Shown here: positions 63,334-64,000 of the stretch, piece by piece | Position numbering within the stretch: position 1 is the stretch's first letter | How the letters are laid out: the number at the start of each line of letters is the position of its first letter | Notes under the pieces: generated by a model | Told to the model about the DNA's origin: nothing | The model's input: the letters and a program-made list of their open reading frames with translations, nothing else | Database searches by the model: none | Source of the DNA: Eledone cirrhosa | Taxonomy: Eukaryota | Assembly: GCA_964016885.1 (NCBI GenBank) | Contig: OZ024740.1 | Location: forward strand, 425,196,001 to 425,260,000 | Length of the DNA: 64,000 bases | Reading direction: 5' to 3' | Program-made: the position numbers and the translations under genes

Positions 63334-63386
<53 letters not shown>

Positions 63387-63782
63387 AAGAGTGAAGAATA
63401 ACATGGTGGGTTTTATTTACAGTATTAACATTTGTTTCCTTGATCACAGGTGAGTCTAAAGGCCAGTAATCACTCGAAGTTGCGTCACTTGACCTTAAAT
63501 ACAGTGTGTGTCTCTGATCAAATCATCGGAATATATGTATATATGTATACTGGTATATATATATATATATATATATATTGTTATACTTGGGGAGGGTCAT
63601 ATTTGTGTAATATTGCCAGAATTAATAACAGAACACACTCACTGTTTGGTTGGTTTTCGCTTTTCGCTTCTGTGTCTTTTATATCGGTAATCTAATTTAT
63701 TCGGTCCTCAATGTTGCCATTGACTGACCAACGGTCAAAAATCATACAGATACAATATAGACACACACACATATATATAGTT

Positions 63783-64000
63783 TATCAAAGTTCTTTCGTT
63801 GCACATCTGCAACATCGTCAGTGGTGCTATAGATTCCTCCCGTTGCATTGTATTTCTACGCCAACTTTATTTAGTCTGTTTATATATTTATTTATTTGTT
63901 TGTTTGTTTATTTTATTTTGTCTTCTTTGCGCATGCGTTTGCGTGTGTGTATAGTGTTTTGTTTGATGTGTGTTCGTGATTGGGTGACTGTGTATTGGTT
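63783..64000 (-). mobile_element. 3' region of a related Penelope-like element in opposite orientation, with a variant hammerhead at 63783-63826
   Basis: Minus strand: CTGACGA-T-GTTGCA(GATG)TGCAAC-GAAA-GAACTTTGA, same downstream 13-mer as 63069; CA-rich upstream sequence like 62880-63060. Confidence 0.55.

Larger units (their letters stand above)
61278..63335 (+). mobile_element. Penelope-like retroelement (5'-truncated) inserted in (TA)n
   Basis: RT and GIY-YIG ORF, 3' non-coding region with a hammerhead-like motif, (TA)n at 61210-61277 and 63335-63382. Confidence 0.92.

Overview
AT-rich eukaryotic (animal) genomic window. The repeat repertoire (tRNA-headed Meta-type SINE, LINE with an (AAAAGAGT)n tail, huge (TA)n arrays) resembles octopus/cephalopod DNA; this is an inference. 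No intact host gene is recognisable apart from one weak candidate terminal exon, and nearly all long ORFs in the track are microsatellite artefacts. Recognisable content: a 5'-truncated Penelope-like retroelement (RT + GIY-YIG, 61278-63335) flanked by (TA)n on both sides, fragments of CR1/L2-like, RTE and CRE LINEs, two Helitron derivatives, about 25 SINE copies (8 in one tandem array), MITEs, a 43-copy 60-bp minisatellite and a 200-N gap. The main signal is a set of at least 10 short non-coding elements of several sequence families embedded in (TA)n tracts. They carry type I hammerhead ribozyme motifs (complete, variant or halved). Many are arranged as divergent inverted repeats with both 3' ends facing (TA)n, and two are also tandem multimers of 310-nt and about 428-nt monomers. 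This suggests a (TA)n-targeted retrozyme/Penelope-pLTR system, possibly mobilised by Penelope-like RT/endonuclease. All ribozyme folds were paired by eye; activity is untested.
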